From: an uncultured Chloroflexia bacterium
GTDB lineage: Bacteria; Chloroflexota; Limnocylindria; QHBO01
Direction of reading: 5' to 3'
Length of the DNA stretch: 64,000 bases
NCBI GenBank assembly: GCA_963843015.1
Contig: CAWJIR010000006.1
Coordinates: 32,763 to 96,762, forward strand
The notes beneath the pieces are model-generated. The model had not been told where the DNA came from, searched no databases, and saw only the letters and a program-made list of their open reading frames with translations. Of the stretch, positions 10,003-20,330 are shown one piece after another (the first letter of the stretch is position 1; each line of letters begins with the position of its first letter). The position numbers and the translations under genes are program-made.

Positions 10003-10746
10003 TCATACCGGTCCGCTGATGCCGCCGTCTTTCCGGATCCGCCAGAAGTGGATGACCATGAAGACGGCGGTGATGAGTGGGAAGGCGATGACGTGGAAGA
10101 CGTAGAACCGGATGAGCGTCTCCTGGCTGACCTCCACGCTGCCGAGCAGGATGAGGTTCGACTCGGTGGGCACGAGCGGGGCATAGGCCGCCATCTGGGT
10201 TCCGACGGTGACCGCCCAGAACGCGATCTGGTCCCACGGCAGCAGGTACCCGGTGAAGCTCAGCCACAGGGTGCAGAACAGCAGGAACGTGCCGACCGCC
10301 CAGTTCCACTCCCGCGGCGGCTTGTAGGCCCCGTGGTAGAAGACCCGCATCATGTGCAGGAACACGGTGAGCACCATGAGGTGGGCGCCCCAGCGGTGCA
10401 TGTTCCGCACCAGCGAGCCGAAGGCCACGCTGTTCTCGATGGCGATGATGTCCTGGTAGGCGCGATCGACCGAGGGGATGTAGAAGAACATCAGGTACAG
10501 CCCGGTCACGGTCAGGACCAGGAACAGGAAGAAGCTGACCCCGCCCAGGCAGAAGGTGTACGTGTAGCGCACCGCGTGGCGCTTGACGCGCACCGGGTGG
10601 AGGTGGAGGAACACGTTGTTCATCACCGCCAGGGCGCGGGTCCGCGACGTGGTCGGGTACGGCTGGCGGATCAGGGATCGCCAGAAGTTCGACTCCTTGA
10701 CGAGGCGGATGGGGAGCCAGTCCTGGCCGGGCGGCTTGCGGGTCAC
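10003..10746 (-). CDS. petB: Cytochrome b6-type N-terminal subunit (PetB/QcrB)
   Basis: FCLGG (haem ci Cys), MHRWGAHLMVLTVFLH, GYLLPWDQ, FHVIAFPLITAVFMVIH; 247 aa; GTGA overlap with the upstream flavoprotein. Confidence 0.93.
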   Translation of the reverse strand: MTRKPPGQDWLPIRLVKESNFWRSLIRQPYPTTSRTRALAVMNNVFLHLHPVRVKRHAVRYTYTFCLGGVSFFLFLVLTVTGLYLMFFYIPSVDRAYQDIIAIENSVAFGSLVRNMHRWGAHLMVLTVFLHMMRVFYHGAYKPPREWNWAVGTFLLFCTLWLSFTGYLLPWDQIAFWAVTVGTQMAAYAPLVPTESNLILLGSVEVSQETLIRFYVFHVIAFPLITAVFMVIHFWRIRKDGGISGPV

Positions 10747-12716
10747 CGCTCGACCACCACTCCGGCCTGCTGTCCGACCTGGCCGAGCACGTTGTCCTTG
10801 TAGCTCTCCAACAGGACCTTCCCGTCAGGGGTGAACCGCTCGAGCTCGAGCCGGTCCATGGTGATGCAGTTGGTGGGGCACCGTTCGACGCACAGGTTGC
10901 ATCGGATGCAGCGTTCCTCGTCGATGACCATCGCGATGCCCCGCGGCCACGCCTGGAACAGGTCAACCTCGGGGTCATCACCGCCCACCTGCGCCTTGTC
11001 GACCATGTAGATCACGCCCTCGGGGCAGACGTCAGCGCAGAGCCCGCACAGAATACAGCGGGGTCCGTCGATGTTGATGTTGTGGTTGCACTGGAGGCAG
11101 CGCGACCCTTCGGTGATGGCGCTCCGCGTGTCGTAGCCGATCTCGACCAGGCCGGTGAAGTCGCGCCGCATCTCGGGTGGGGCCATGGGAATGTGCTGAC
11201 GCGGGTATGCCTCGTAGAAGCGCGGCATGTCGTGGTCGAGGGCCTGGGTGATCGTTGCCCGGTTGATGACCGGCAGCTCGGCCAGCTCCTCGCCGCGGAC
11301 GCCGGACAGCCAGCGGTCGACCGCCCGCGCGGCGCGCCGGCCGAGACCCGCCGCCTCGATGATCGTGGCCGGGCCGGTGACGTAGTCCCCGACCGCGAAC
11401 ACGCCATCGACGGTCGAGGCGAAGGTGTTCCGATCGGTCACGATCTTGCCCCGCATCAGCTCGAACTCGAGCGCGTTCAGCTTCTTCCCGTCCGGCCCGA
11501 CGGGCGTCGAGCCGTTCAGCGGCTGGCTGCCCCAGGACGTGATCGAGCCGCCAGGCACGACCTCGCGGGTATCGGTCACGCCGATGTGGCGGTTCAGCGG
11601 CGACCCGTATTCGCCGAGGACGTTGTTGTCGGGGGACTGGCTGGTGCAGGGGATGACCATGTCGCACGGGATCACGAACTCGCTGCCGGGGATGGGCTCC
11701 GCCGTCCGGCGGCCGCTGGCGTCCGGAGGCCCAAGCTGCGTGCGCTGGAAGACCGCGCCCTTCACGTGGCCGGCCTCGTCGGCGAGGATCTCGACCGGCG
11801 CGGCGAAGTACTCGAAGCGCACGCCCTCGAACCGGGTCTCGTGCTGCTCCTCCTCGTCGACGACCATCTCCTCGGGGCCCCGGCGGTAGGCGACCACGCT
11901 GGTGGTGGCACCCAGCCGCAGCGCGGTGCGGCTGGAGTCCATGGCCGTGTAGCCGCCTCCGACGATCACGACGTGCTTGCCGACCCACTGTTCCTGGCCG
12001 AGGTTCGCGCGCTTCAGGAAGTCGACGCCGTAGATCACGCCATCGAGCTCCTCGCCGGGGACGTTCATGGCGACCGGGTACATGCAGCCGGTGGCGACCA
12101 CCACCGCGTCGTGCCGCGCCTGCAGCTCGTCCAGGGTCACGTCGCGGCCAACCTCGACGTTGTAGTGGAACTCGACCCCGTGCTTGGCCACCCAGTTGAC
12201 GTCGAGCTCGATGACGTCCCGCGGGAGCCGGAAGGCAGGCACGCCGATGAGGGTGGTTCCGCCCCCGGACGGCAGCGCATCGTAGACGTGGACCTCGTGC
12301 CCCCACCCGGCCAGCTCCTTGGCTGCGCTCAGGCCCGCCGGCCCGGCGCCGATCACGCCCACGCTCCGCCCGGTGGCGGGCGCAACCTGGATGTCGTCGG
12401 GCATGTTGTTGGCGTAGTGCCAGTCCACGAGGAACCGCTTCATGGCCCGGATGGCCAGTGGCTTGTCGATGTCCGCGCGGCGGCAGGCCTTCTCGCAGGG
12501 CGCGGAGCAGACGTAGCCGCAGATGGCGGCGACCGGGTTCGGGTCGCGGGCGAGGATGTAGCCCTCCTCGAAGCGGCCCTCGGCCGCGAGCATGAGATAG
12601 CCGCGGCAGTTGGTGTTGACCGGACACCCTTCCTGGCACTCGATGTTGCACTGGAGCCAGTCGACGCCGACCTCTGCGGTCTGGAAGCGCAGGGGCACCG
12701 CTTCCCGGGTCGTCAT
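10743..12716 (-). CDS. NAD(P)H-dependent flavo-iron-sulfur oxidoreductase (GltD/NfnB/DsrL-like) with C-terminal 2x[4Fe-4S] ferredoxin domain
   Basis: Intact 657 aa ORF; CNIECQEGCP, ICGYVCSAPCEKAC, GAGPAG (FAD), GGGYTAMD...YRR (NADP-type), GD..TGPATII.A, RCLQC, CILCGLCADVCP, CIRCNLCVERCP. Confidence 0.9.
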   Translation of the reverse strand: MTTREAVPLRFQTAEVGVDWLQCNIECQEGCPVNTNCRGYLMLAAEGRFEEGYILARDPNPVAAICGYVCSAPCEKACRRADIDKPLAIRAMKRFLVDWHYANNMPDDIQVAPATGRSVGVIGAGPAGLSAAKELAGWGHEVHVYDALPSGGGTTLIGVPAFRLPRDVIELDVNWVAKHGVEFHYNVEVGRDVTLDELQARHDAVVVATGCMYPVAMNVPGEELDGVIYGVDFLKRANLGQEQWVGKHVVIVGGGYTAMDSSRTALRLGATTSVVAYRRGPEEMVVDEEEQHETRFEGVRFEYFAAPVEILADEAGHVKGAVFQRTQLGPPDASGRRTAEPIPGSEFVIPCDMVIPCTSQSPDNNVLGEYGSPLNRHIGVTDTREVVPGGSITSWGSQPLNGSTPVGPDGKKLNALEFELMRGKIVTDRNTFASTVDGVFAVGDYVTGPATIIEAAGLGRRAARAVDRWLSGVRGEELAELPVINRATITQALDHDMPRFYEAYPRQHIPMAPPEMRRDFTGLVEIGYDTRSAITEGSRCLQCNHNINIDGPRCILCGLCADVCPEGVIYMVDKAQVGGDDPEVDLFQAWPRGIAMVIDEERCIRCNLCVERCPTNCITMDRLELERFTPDGKVLLESYKDNVLGQVGQQAGVVVER

Positions 12717-12818
12717 GGGCGTTCGCAGTTCATCGCGCGTCCCCTTTGGCTCCCCCAGCGATCGGCGTCAGATTCCTGCCGTGGACCGGCGTTTTCGAAG
12801 GCGAGTTTCGGCGATTCG

Positions 12819-12848
12819 ATGCTACCCGTCGCCCGCTCGCGGTGTCAA
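12819..12848 (-). promoter_or_regulatory. Sigma70-type promoter of the flavoprotein-Rieske/cyt b operon
   Basis: Minus-strand TTGACA-18 nt-TAGCAT, about 100 nt upstream of ATG 12716. Confidence 0.65.
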
Positions 12849-12887
12849 AGACGGACGAGCGTCAGGAAGCGGTCCGTCGGGCGTTCC

Positions 12888-14939
12888 TCAGCGGTTGAAG
12901 TAGGTCGCCATCACCCGGCGGACGAGGGGTGCGGCGTCGGAACCGCCGGTGCCCAGGTGGACGCGGGCGAGGAGCGTGGCAACCACGATCTCCGGGTTGG
13001 CGGCAGGCGCGAAACCTGGGAACAGGGCGTGGGGGTCGGGACCACCCGATTCGGCGGTTCCCGTCTTGCCGGCAACAGGGATCCCGAAGCCAGAAAAGGC
13101 GGGTGTCGCGGTCCCATACGAGTAGGTGGTCACCGCCTGGAGGGTGGTGACGAGGTAGTCGAGGTCGGCCCGCTCGATGGCGAACTGGTGGCGAACCCGC
13201 GGACGGGTGCGGTACAGGGCCTCGCCGTCGGGGCCGGTGGCGCTGGTCACGAGGCGCGGCGTCCACAGCGTCCCGCGGTTGGCGAAGGCGGCATAGGCCA
13301 TCGCCATCTGGAGCTGGGTGCCCTCGAACGAGCCCTGGCCGATGGCCAGCTGGACCTGGTCGAACGGCCCGAAGGGGATGTATTCGCCGGAGCCGCGGGG
13401 GTGGCCCTCGAACCACAGCGCGTCCGGGAGGACTCCCGGCGTCTCGTTGACCCATCCGATGCCGGTGAGCTGCCCGAAGCCGAAGTCGGCGAGGAGATCG
13501 GTCAGCGCATCGCGTGTCCTGCTCGTAGATGACCATCGACAGGGGCATGTAGGTCGTGTTGCAGCTGAACGCCATCGCTTCCTCGAGCGACACGAGCCCG
13601 GGCAGCTGGTGGAGCTCGAAGTTCACGAACTGCACGCCACCGAAGTCCCAGGTCGGCCGGCACGTCATGCGCGTCGCGGGCGTGGCCACGCCAGTCCACA
13701 GGGCCGCCGCGAGGGTGAACGGCTTGAATGAGGAGCCGGTCGGGTAGGCCGTCTCGAGCGCATGGTTCGCCATCTGGCTGTCGGTCGGGGCGGCGAGCGG
13801 TGCGCCGCCGTTGGTCGTTCCCAGGGTCATCGCGTTCGGGTTGAACGCCGGCGCCGAGGCCAGGGCCCAGACATCGCCGGTTCGCGGGTCCACGACCGCG
13901 GTCGCCGCCTCGGGATAGCCGGCGAGCGCGGCCTCGGCCGAGCGCTGGAGGTCGGGCTGGATGGTGAGGCGGACGTCCGCGGCGGGAACGAGCGGCCGCT
14001 CGACGACCGGTCGAGCGGGTCCCGCGCCGTGGGGATCCACGAGCAGGGTCAGGGCGGCCCGGCCGCGCAGGAGCCACTCGGCGCCGGCCTCGACCCCCCG
14101 GCGGCCGGCGACCTGGCCGGCCTGGTATCCGTCGACCACGGGACGAGCAGCGGCCTCCTCCTCCGTCAGCGGCGTCGCGTAGCCGATCGTCTGGCCGGCG
14201 AGCGCCTCCTGTGGGTAGACCCGCAGGCCGTCGGCGCGGTTCGTGGCCAGCACCGTGCCGTCGGCGGCGAGAATCTGGCCGCGGGCCGGGAGCGGTCCTT
14301 CCTCGAGCAGGAACGTGCCACCGGTCGCCCCGAGCTCGGGGAAGAGGAGCTCCGGGGTCCAGCGAACCTCCCAGCCGGCCGGCCCCTCGGTCAGCTCGAG
14401 GACCCGGTCGAGCACGATCTCGCTCGAAGAGCACGGAGTGGAACGTGAGCCGGACGGGGAAGGCGACGGCGGGGACTGGTCCGGCGACGATCCCGTGTGG
14501 ATCCGACCGGAGCCGGGGACCCGCTCGGCCGAGGCGCCGCGGTCGGGGCGGGAGACGCCGAGACCCCAGGCGGACGCGGCTCGGGCGATCGGGCAGTGGA
14601 CCGCGGGGAACCGATGGCGACGTCCATCCTGATCAGACCGATGGCATCCTCGAATGCCTCATGCAGGGCCACGAACCCGGCCCGCGTATACCGATCGCGG
14701 TCGGCCGCAGCCAGGACCTCGTACCGACGCGCGTGGTCGCCGATGCGCCACAGGGCGACAAATCGCTCGACCGCGGCGCGAGCCTCTCCCTGCGACGACG
14801 GCTCCGATGCCGCGGCGACCGGCGGTGGCAGGAGCGCCGTCAGACCGATGGCGAGAGCGAGCCCTCCGGCCAACAGCCGCCCGGTGCGGCCACCCGCGTG
14901 CAGTCCCGTCGAGCGTGGGTCGGTCGCGTCGATCGTCAG
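12888..14939 (-). CDS. Class B penicillin-binding transpeptidase with NTF2/MecA-like N-terminal domain, frameshifted
   Basis: SxxK (GSSFK), SxN (SCN), KTG (AGKTGTAE); RGQILAADG dimerisation-domain motif; N-terminal hydrophobic anchor; start 14873 (TTG) or 14939 (CTG). Confidence 0.85.
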
Positions 14940-17443
14940 CTCCCGCTTCCGACCACGATGACGTCAGGCGATACCCGCCCCGGCGTGTCCGCCGGGTCCG
15001 ACAGCCGGATGACCCGATGCCGTTCGCCGTGGAGATGGGCCTCCGCCCAGCCCAGCACGGCGTCGTCGTGGGTGAACAGGACGAGCTGCCGGTCGGAGGC
15101 CAGGGCGAGGAGCATGTCGAGGATCTCCCGCTCGCGCTCGTTGTCGGCCTGGGCCGTGACCTCGTCGAGGAGCAGCGGCGCCGTTTCGCCGGTGGTGACC
15201 AGGTGCTGGGCCATGGCCACCCGGAGCAGGAGGTAGATCTGCTCCCGCGTCCCGCCCGAGAGCAGGCGGGCCTGGCGCCAGGCGCCCGTGCTCCCCTCCT
15301 TGACCTCGATGGACAGGTCGGCGGGGTTGACGCCGGCGTCGACGTAGGCTCCGCCGCTGAGGACGGGCAGCCACTCCCGAATGGCGGCCGCCAGGATCGG
15401 CGCCAGGTCGCGGTGGACCTGGCGCTGGGCGGCCTCGAGCAGGCCGAGCGTCTCATCGATGACCTGCGCGAGCTCGGTCACCCGGGCGAGCCGCAGCTCG
15501 GCGGCTCCGGCGGCCTCCTCCGCGGACGCGACGTCGAGCAGGTCAGCCCGACGGACGTCCACCGCACCGGAAAGCATCGCCGCGGCCTCGCGACGTCGGT
15601 CCAGCTCGGCCGAGGCCGCGGCCTCGTCGATCTCGCTCGGGATCTGGACGTCGGGTCCGACGGCCGCTGAAAGTTGCAGGGCCACCTGCTCTGACCGCGC
15701 GGCGTCGCCGGCCAGGTCCTCGACGGCACGGCCGTTCAGCAGACCGGTCAGCTCCTCGAACTCCCGGATCGAGCGCTCCACCTCGGCGGTCATCGCGCCG
15801 CGTTCGCTCTGCCATTTCTGGAGCAGCTCGATCACGGCTGCCGGGGCAAGGTTCGGGTCTGGATCGGGGACCACCGCGGCCAGGGCCGCACGCAGCCCGC
15901 CTTCGGCCTGTGTCACGGCGCGAGACGCATCCGCCGCGAGGCGCTCCGCATCCCGCGCGGCGTCGAGTTCGCGTTGCAGCGCCGGCGCCCGGCCGGCGGC
16001 GACGGCCACCTCCGCTCGCTGGAGGCAGGCCGCTTCGTAGGCATCCGCGGCCGACGCGCGGGTCGTCCCCGGGGTCGACGCCGCACGCCAGCAGGGCGTC
16101 CGCGAGGGATGCCTGACCAGCCGCGACCCGCGCGGCGGCCTCGGTCAGGACGTCGGCCTGCGAGCGCGGCAGTCGGCGTTCGTCCGCCCGGGTCTTCCCG
16201 ACCACCGACCACGCGCCGAGGGCGATGGCCAGGAGCAAGGACGACAGCAGCGACCAGCGGCGCCCCGGCGACGAAGGCCAGCAGCCCCGTGATCGCCAGG
16301 ATGCCAGCGCCGACGAGTCCGCCGATCGACACCGACGCGGAGGGCCGCGGCCGTTCGGCCGGCACCTGAGCCGCTTCGTCCATCGCCCGCCTGGCTTCCT
16401 CGGCAAGCGCCAGCTCCTGGAGCGCGGCAAGGACGGCAGGGGCCGGACGGAGATCGCCGACCGGCTGGGCCGGCAGCGCGGCCAGGTCGGCGGCAATTTC
16501 GTGGACAGGGCGACTCGATCCGGCGGTCGCAGCCGGGCGGGCGCGCCAGGCGGCGAGGGCTGCAGCCACCACATCGGCCTGCTCGTCCCGATCCGCGAGC
16601 TGGGGCGGGGGGCTCGGATAGCGTTTCGCGAGCTCCGCCGCACGATCAGCTCTCCGCCGCGCGTCGCTCGCAGCCGACCGGGCGGTAGCCAGCCGAACCA
16701 CCGTCAGATCCCGCTCGGCCGCGGCAACGGCGCTGGCCGCGACTTCCGCTTCCGCCTGCGTGGCCAGGTACTCGTCGTGGCGTCGTCGGGCGTCGGCCAG
16801 TTCCGACTGCGCGGGCCGTGACGTCGCGCATCGCCGTCCGCAGCGGGCCCTTGGCGACCGCGGTGTCGGCACCGACCGCGTTGCGCCGGTAGTCGCGAAG
16901 CCGCTCGATGGCGCCGGCGGCGGTCGCATCGGTCCCGTGCGCCGCGGCCGCGCGCTGCATGTGCTCCTGAAGGGCGGCCGCGTTGTCGGCCACGGCCAGC
17001 ATCTCGCCCTGGCCGACCGCGAGAGTTGCCGCAAACGCGTCCCGGTCGAGGCCGAGCCAGATCGATGCGTCGGGCGTGCCGTCCGGCCGCGTGATCTCGG
17101 TCGAAACGTCGATCCCAAGGTCGATATCGGTCGCGCGGCAGGCGACCTTGCCCAAGAGGTCCTGGACGAGGTCGATCCGTCGATCACCGACATGCAGCCG
17201 TGCCTCGACTGCCCAGCGATCCCGGTCGTCCCACGGCCGGTGGCGATCCTCGACCGAGGAGGCTTCCTTCGTGGCGCTGCCGCGGCCGCGGCGCACGCCA
17301 GTGAGGGCCATCCGGATCGCGGCGTGCCAGGTGGTCTTGCCCGCCTCGTTCAGGCCGAAGATCACGTTCAGGCCAGGCCCGAGCTCCAGGCTCTCATCGC
17401 GCAGCGCCCCGAATGCGCGTGCGGTGACCCGCTCGATCCACAT
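14936..17443 (-). CDS. SbcC/Rad50-like coiled-coil ATPase (YhaN family), frameshifted
   Basis: MWIERV..FG.L, Walker A GLNEAGKTT, long Ala/Arg/Glu coiled coil, signature LLSGGTREQ, Walker B LLLDE, FTHD. Confidence 0.85.
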
Positions 17444-17446
17444 CGG

Positions 17447-18541
17447 TCAGGCGACCTCGAGGTCGCCGCGGTCCTCGAAGGCACGGAGACCGAGCATGAG
17501 GACCCGCCGTTGACGCTCGGGATCCGGGATCTCGAGTGCGGTGCGCACGAACTGGCCACGAACGGTGGACTCCTCCGCGATGGACGGCGAGGTCGTAGCC
17601 CACGGTCACCCGATCGCGCCGGACCACGAGCCCATCGAGATGGCCGCCCAGGCTCGACAGGTCGGCGCCGTCGACGCGGACGACGGGAGACACGCGTGCC
17701 GCTGAGCGTGACCCGAACCGAACCCCGGAGCGGCCCGATGGCGGCTGCCACCCGGTCCCGGACGTCATCGCCATGCTCACACCCGTCGAGCGGAACCTCC
17801 ACGTCGTGGACCTGGCTGACCGCGACCCGCCTCCGGGTGGTGGCCACCGACCCCATCGGATGACAGGGTGGCGAGGACGACCCCGCGTTCGCCGGTCTCG
17901 CCGAACTCGAGCGGATCCGGGTTGCCGGGGTAGGTGTGGCGCTCGGCATCCTTCGGCACGTGGAAGTGGCCGAGGAAGGCGTGGCTCAAGCCGGCGGCCG
18001 CGATCTCCTCGGCATCAAACGGGGCGTGCGGCTGCGTTCCGCTTTCCTGCGCTGTCAGCCAGCTCCGCTCGGAGGCGTGGGCGAGGGCCAGGTGAATGCC
18101 GCCACCGGTCGTTCGGAACCCGGCGAAGAACCCGTCCGTGTTGGCGGGAGCCCGGTGAGCGGCACCCCACAGCGTGACGCCCTCCGACAGCGGCACGGGC
18201 CGCAGCGCGGCCTCGGTGAAGACGTGGACGTTGTCGGTCCACGCGGTGACGGCGTATGGGCTGTGAGGCCCGTACCAGTCGTGATTGCCCGGGGCGAGAT
18301 AGACCGGGCGGGTGCTCCGGCCGAAGCTGGCCTGGAGGAACGCGACGGTATCGGGCTGAACGCGGTCGTGCTCGAACAGGTCGCCGGCGCACAGGATCGC
18401 GTCCACCGCCTCGGCCTCGGCCAGCGCGAGGATGCGGGTCAGGGTGTCTCGCCGATGCTGCCGCCGGCGTCGGGCGGCATCGGGCTCGAGCCAGGCGAAT
18501 GGGGCGTCGAGATGAAGGTCGGCGAAGTGCAGCAGCTTCAT
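17447..18541 (-). CDS. SbcD/Mre11-like metallophosphoesterase DNA nuclease (YhaO family), frameshifted
   Basis: FADLHLD, CAGDLFE, APGNHD, ALAHAS, FLGHFH, YPGNPDPLEFGE. Confidence 0.88.
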
Positions 18542-18588
18542 CGGGGTCAAGGATACGGGCCGGGACGTGACAGCTTGCGGCGTCGTGG

Positions 18589-18830
18589 CTACCACGCCTC
18601 CGTCCGGCGCACTTCGATCACGAGGAGAACGACGGCGGCCACGAGCAACAGATGGACAGCCGGGCCGACGTTCACCAGCAGCCCCAGCAGCCAGCCGACC
18701 ACGCACAGACCGATGCCGACCCAGATCACGGGATCGGCGAGGTGAGTGCCACGAGCCCCAGGACGGCGGCGATGATGCCAAGGCCGATGAGGGCGACCGC
18801 CACGGTGGCGGCGGCCTCGCGGCCCTTCAC
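18589..18830 (-). CDS. Small membrane protein, lmo0937/DUF5670-like, frameshifted
   Basis: MKGREAAATVAVALIGLGII... then VVGWLLGLLVNVGPAVHLLLVAAVVLLVI*; GTGA overlap with bcp. Confidence 0.5.
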
Positions 18831-19292
18831 CCGGTCAGGACCTCGACCAGCTTGCCCAGGTGCTCGGTTGGCTTGACGCGAGGCAGGACGTGCTCGATCC
18901 GCCCGTCGGCACCGACGACGAAGCTCGTCCGCTCGACGCCGTGGTACGTGCGCCCGAGGTACGTCTTCTCGACCCACGTGCCGTAGGCATCGGCCACCTT
19001 GTGGCCCTCGTCGGACAGAAGCCGGTGGTGCAGGCCGTACTTGTCGCGGAACTTCACGTGGCTGGCCACGCTGTCCGGGCGACACGCCGAAGATCTCGGC
19101 ATCCAGCGCCTCCGCGACGGACCAGTTGTCGCGCAGGGAGCAGGCCTGCGCGGTGCAGCCGGCCGTGTCGTCCTTCGGGTAGAAGTACAGCACGTAGCGC
19201 CGTCCGGCGAGGCTCTCGGAGGTGACGAGGCTGCCGTCGTCGGCATGCATGGCGAATGCCGGGGCCTTCTCGCCCGGCTGGGGATACGTCAC
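18827..19292 (-). CDS. bcp: Peroxiredoxin Bcp/PrxQ, frameshifted
   Basis: LYFYPKDDTAGCTAQACSLRD, GVSPDSVASH.KF..KY, VERTSFVV. Confidence 0.92.
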
Positions 19293-19304
19293 GGCCGGGC
19301 CATC

Positions 19305-20301
19305 CTAGCGCAGGCCGATGGAGAGCAGGACGGTGGGCAGGCGGCGTGGCTGGAGACGGGCGGCGAGATCGGCAGCCAGGTCACGGAACAGGTCGGACGG
19401 CGCCTCGGCCAGGTCGTGGTCGGCGCCGGGCACCACGATACGCCGCGGGGCGGACGTGGCCGCCAGGGCGGACATCAGCAGGTCGGCCTCCCCGATGTTC
19501 ACCCAGTCGTCGGTCGCGCCGTGGACGACGGTGACCGACCGCCGCTGGAGCGTGGCCAGCGCCCGGGTCGGGATCTGCAGGGCCTGCTCCCATCCGGCCA
19601 GGCCCAGGTGTACTCGTTCACCACCGGGCAGGGTCATGGTCATCTCCGGCTCACCTCGATCGCTCCGCTCGATCAGCTCCTCCAAGCCCCGATCGAACGC
19701 GAGGACGAAGGGATGCTCGGAGACCGGCCGGCTGTCGCCTGAAGGAACGGCGCCCCCGCGCCGGCGTGTCCGCTCCGCTGCCGCGCGCCGGAGCACGTCT
19801 CGAAGTCCACGGGCGGGGGCACCGACCAGGGTCAGAGGGCCGATCCCGGGATCGGCGGCGGCGGCGCTCAGGGACAGCCACGCGCCCTCCCCGTGCCCGA
19901 CGAGCCCGATCCGAGCCGGATCGATCGCCGCATGACCCCGGAGCGCAGCCACCGCGTCCCGGGCATCGTCGACGAGGGTGAACAGGCCGGCCACCGACCA
20001 ATCGCCGCCGGAGCGCCCGCAGCCGCGCTTGTCGTATCGCAGGCTGGCCACGCCACGCACCGCCAGCGCCGAGGCCAATCTGCCCGAGGATGCCCGGGTC
20101 GGGTTCCTCCGCGGATGCAAACCAGGTGGGGTGGCCCACTCGATCGAAGCGTCCATCGCGGTCACGCGGCAGCAGGCTGGCCAGCAGGAGTACCGCCGGC
20201 CAGCGGTCGTCGAGGTTGTCCCGGTGCGGATCGGGGAGGGTCAGCGTTCCGCTGAGGACGACCTCGCCGGCGGTGATGGACAGCTCCTCGTCGCGGGACA
20301 T
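19305..20301 (-). CDS. Alpha/beta-hydrolase-fold protein lacking the canonical nucleophile, frameshifted
   Basis: LSGTLTLP, ASLRYDKRGCGRSGG, GLVGHGEG, VHGATDDWV, PGADHDL. Confidence 0.75.
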
Positions 20302-20330
20302 GGTCGGGGCATCATGCCACCGCGCCCCGC

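Noticed and set aside
10743-12716. Dissimilatory sulfur metabolism inferred from the DsrL-like protein
   Set aside because: No dsrAB, dsrC or dsrMK in the window; the family is broadly distributed
12720-12815. Possible c-di-AMP (ydaO) riboswitch in the leader of the Rieske operon (CGCCGAA...GGGGGAGCCA..GGGG)
   Set aside because: The 3' half of the aptamer is missing and there is no room for it before the start codon
11082-13532. Very long opposite-strand or alternate-frame ORFs (e.g. 11082..13532 +, most of 37924..40116 +, 45534..47351 -, 2687..3856 +)
   Set aside because: Shadow ORFs of high-GC genes: Arg/Pro/Gly-rich, no motifs, and overlapping well-supported genes
14936-18541. SMC-based defence system (Wadjet/Lamassu)
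   Set aside because: Only a nuclease and ATPase pair typical of housekeeping SbcCD/YhaON; no kleisin, JetD or effector genes
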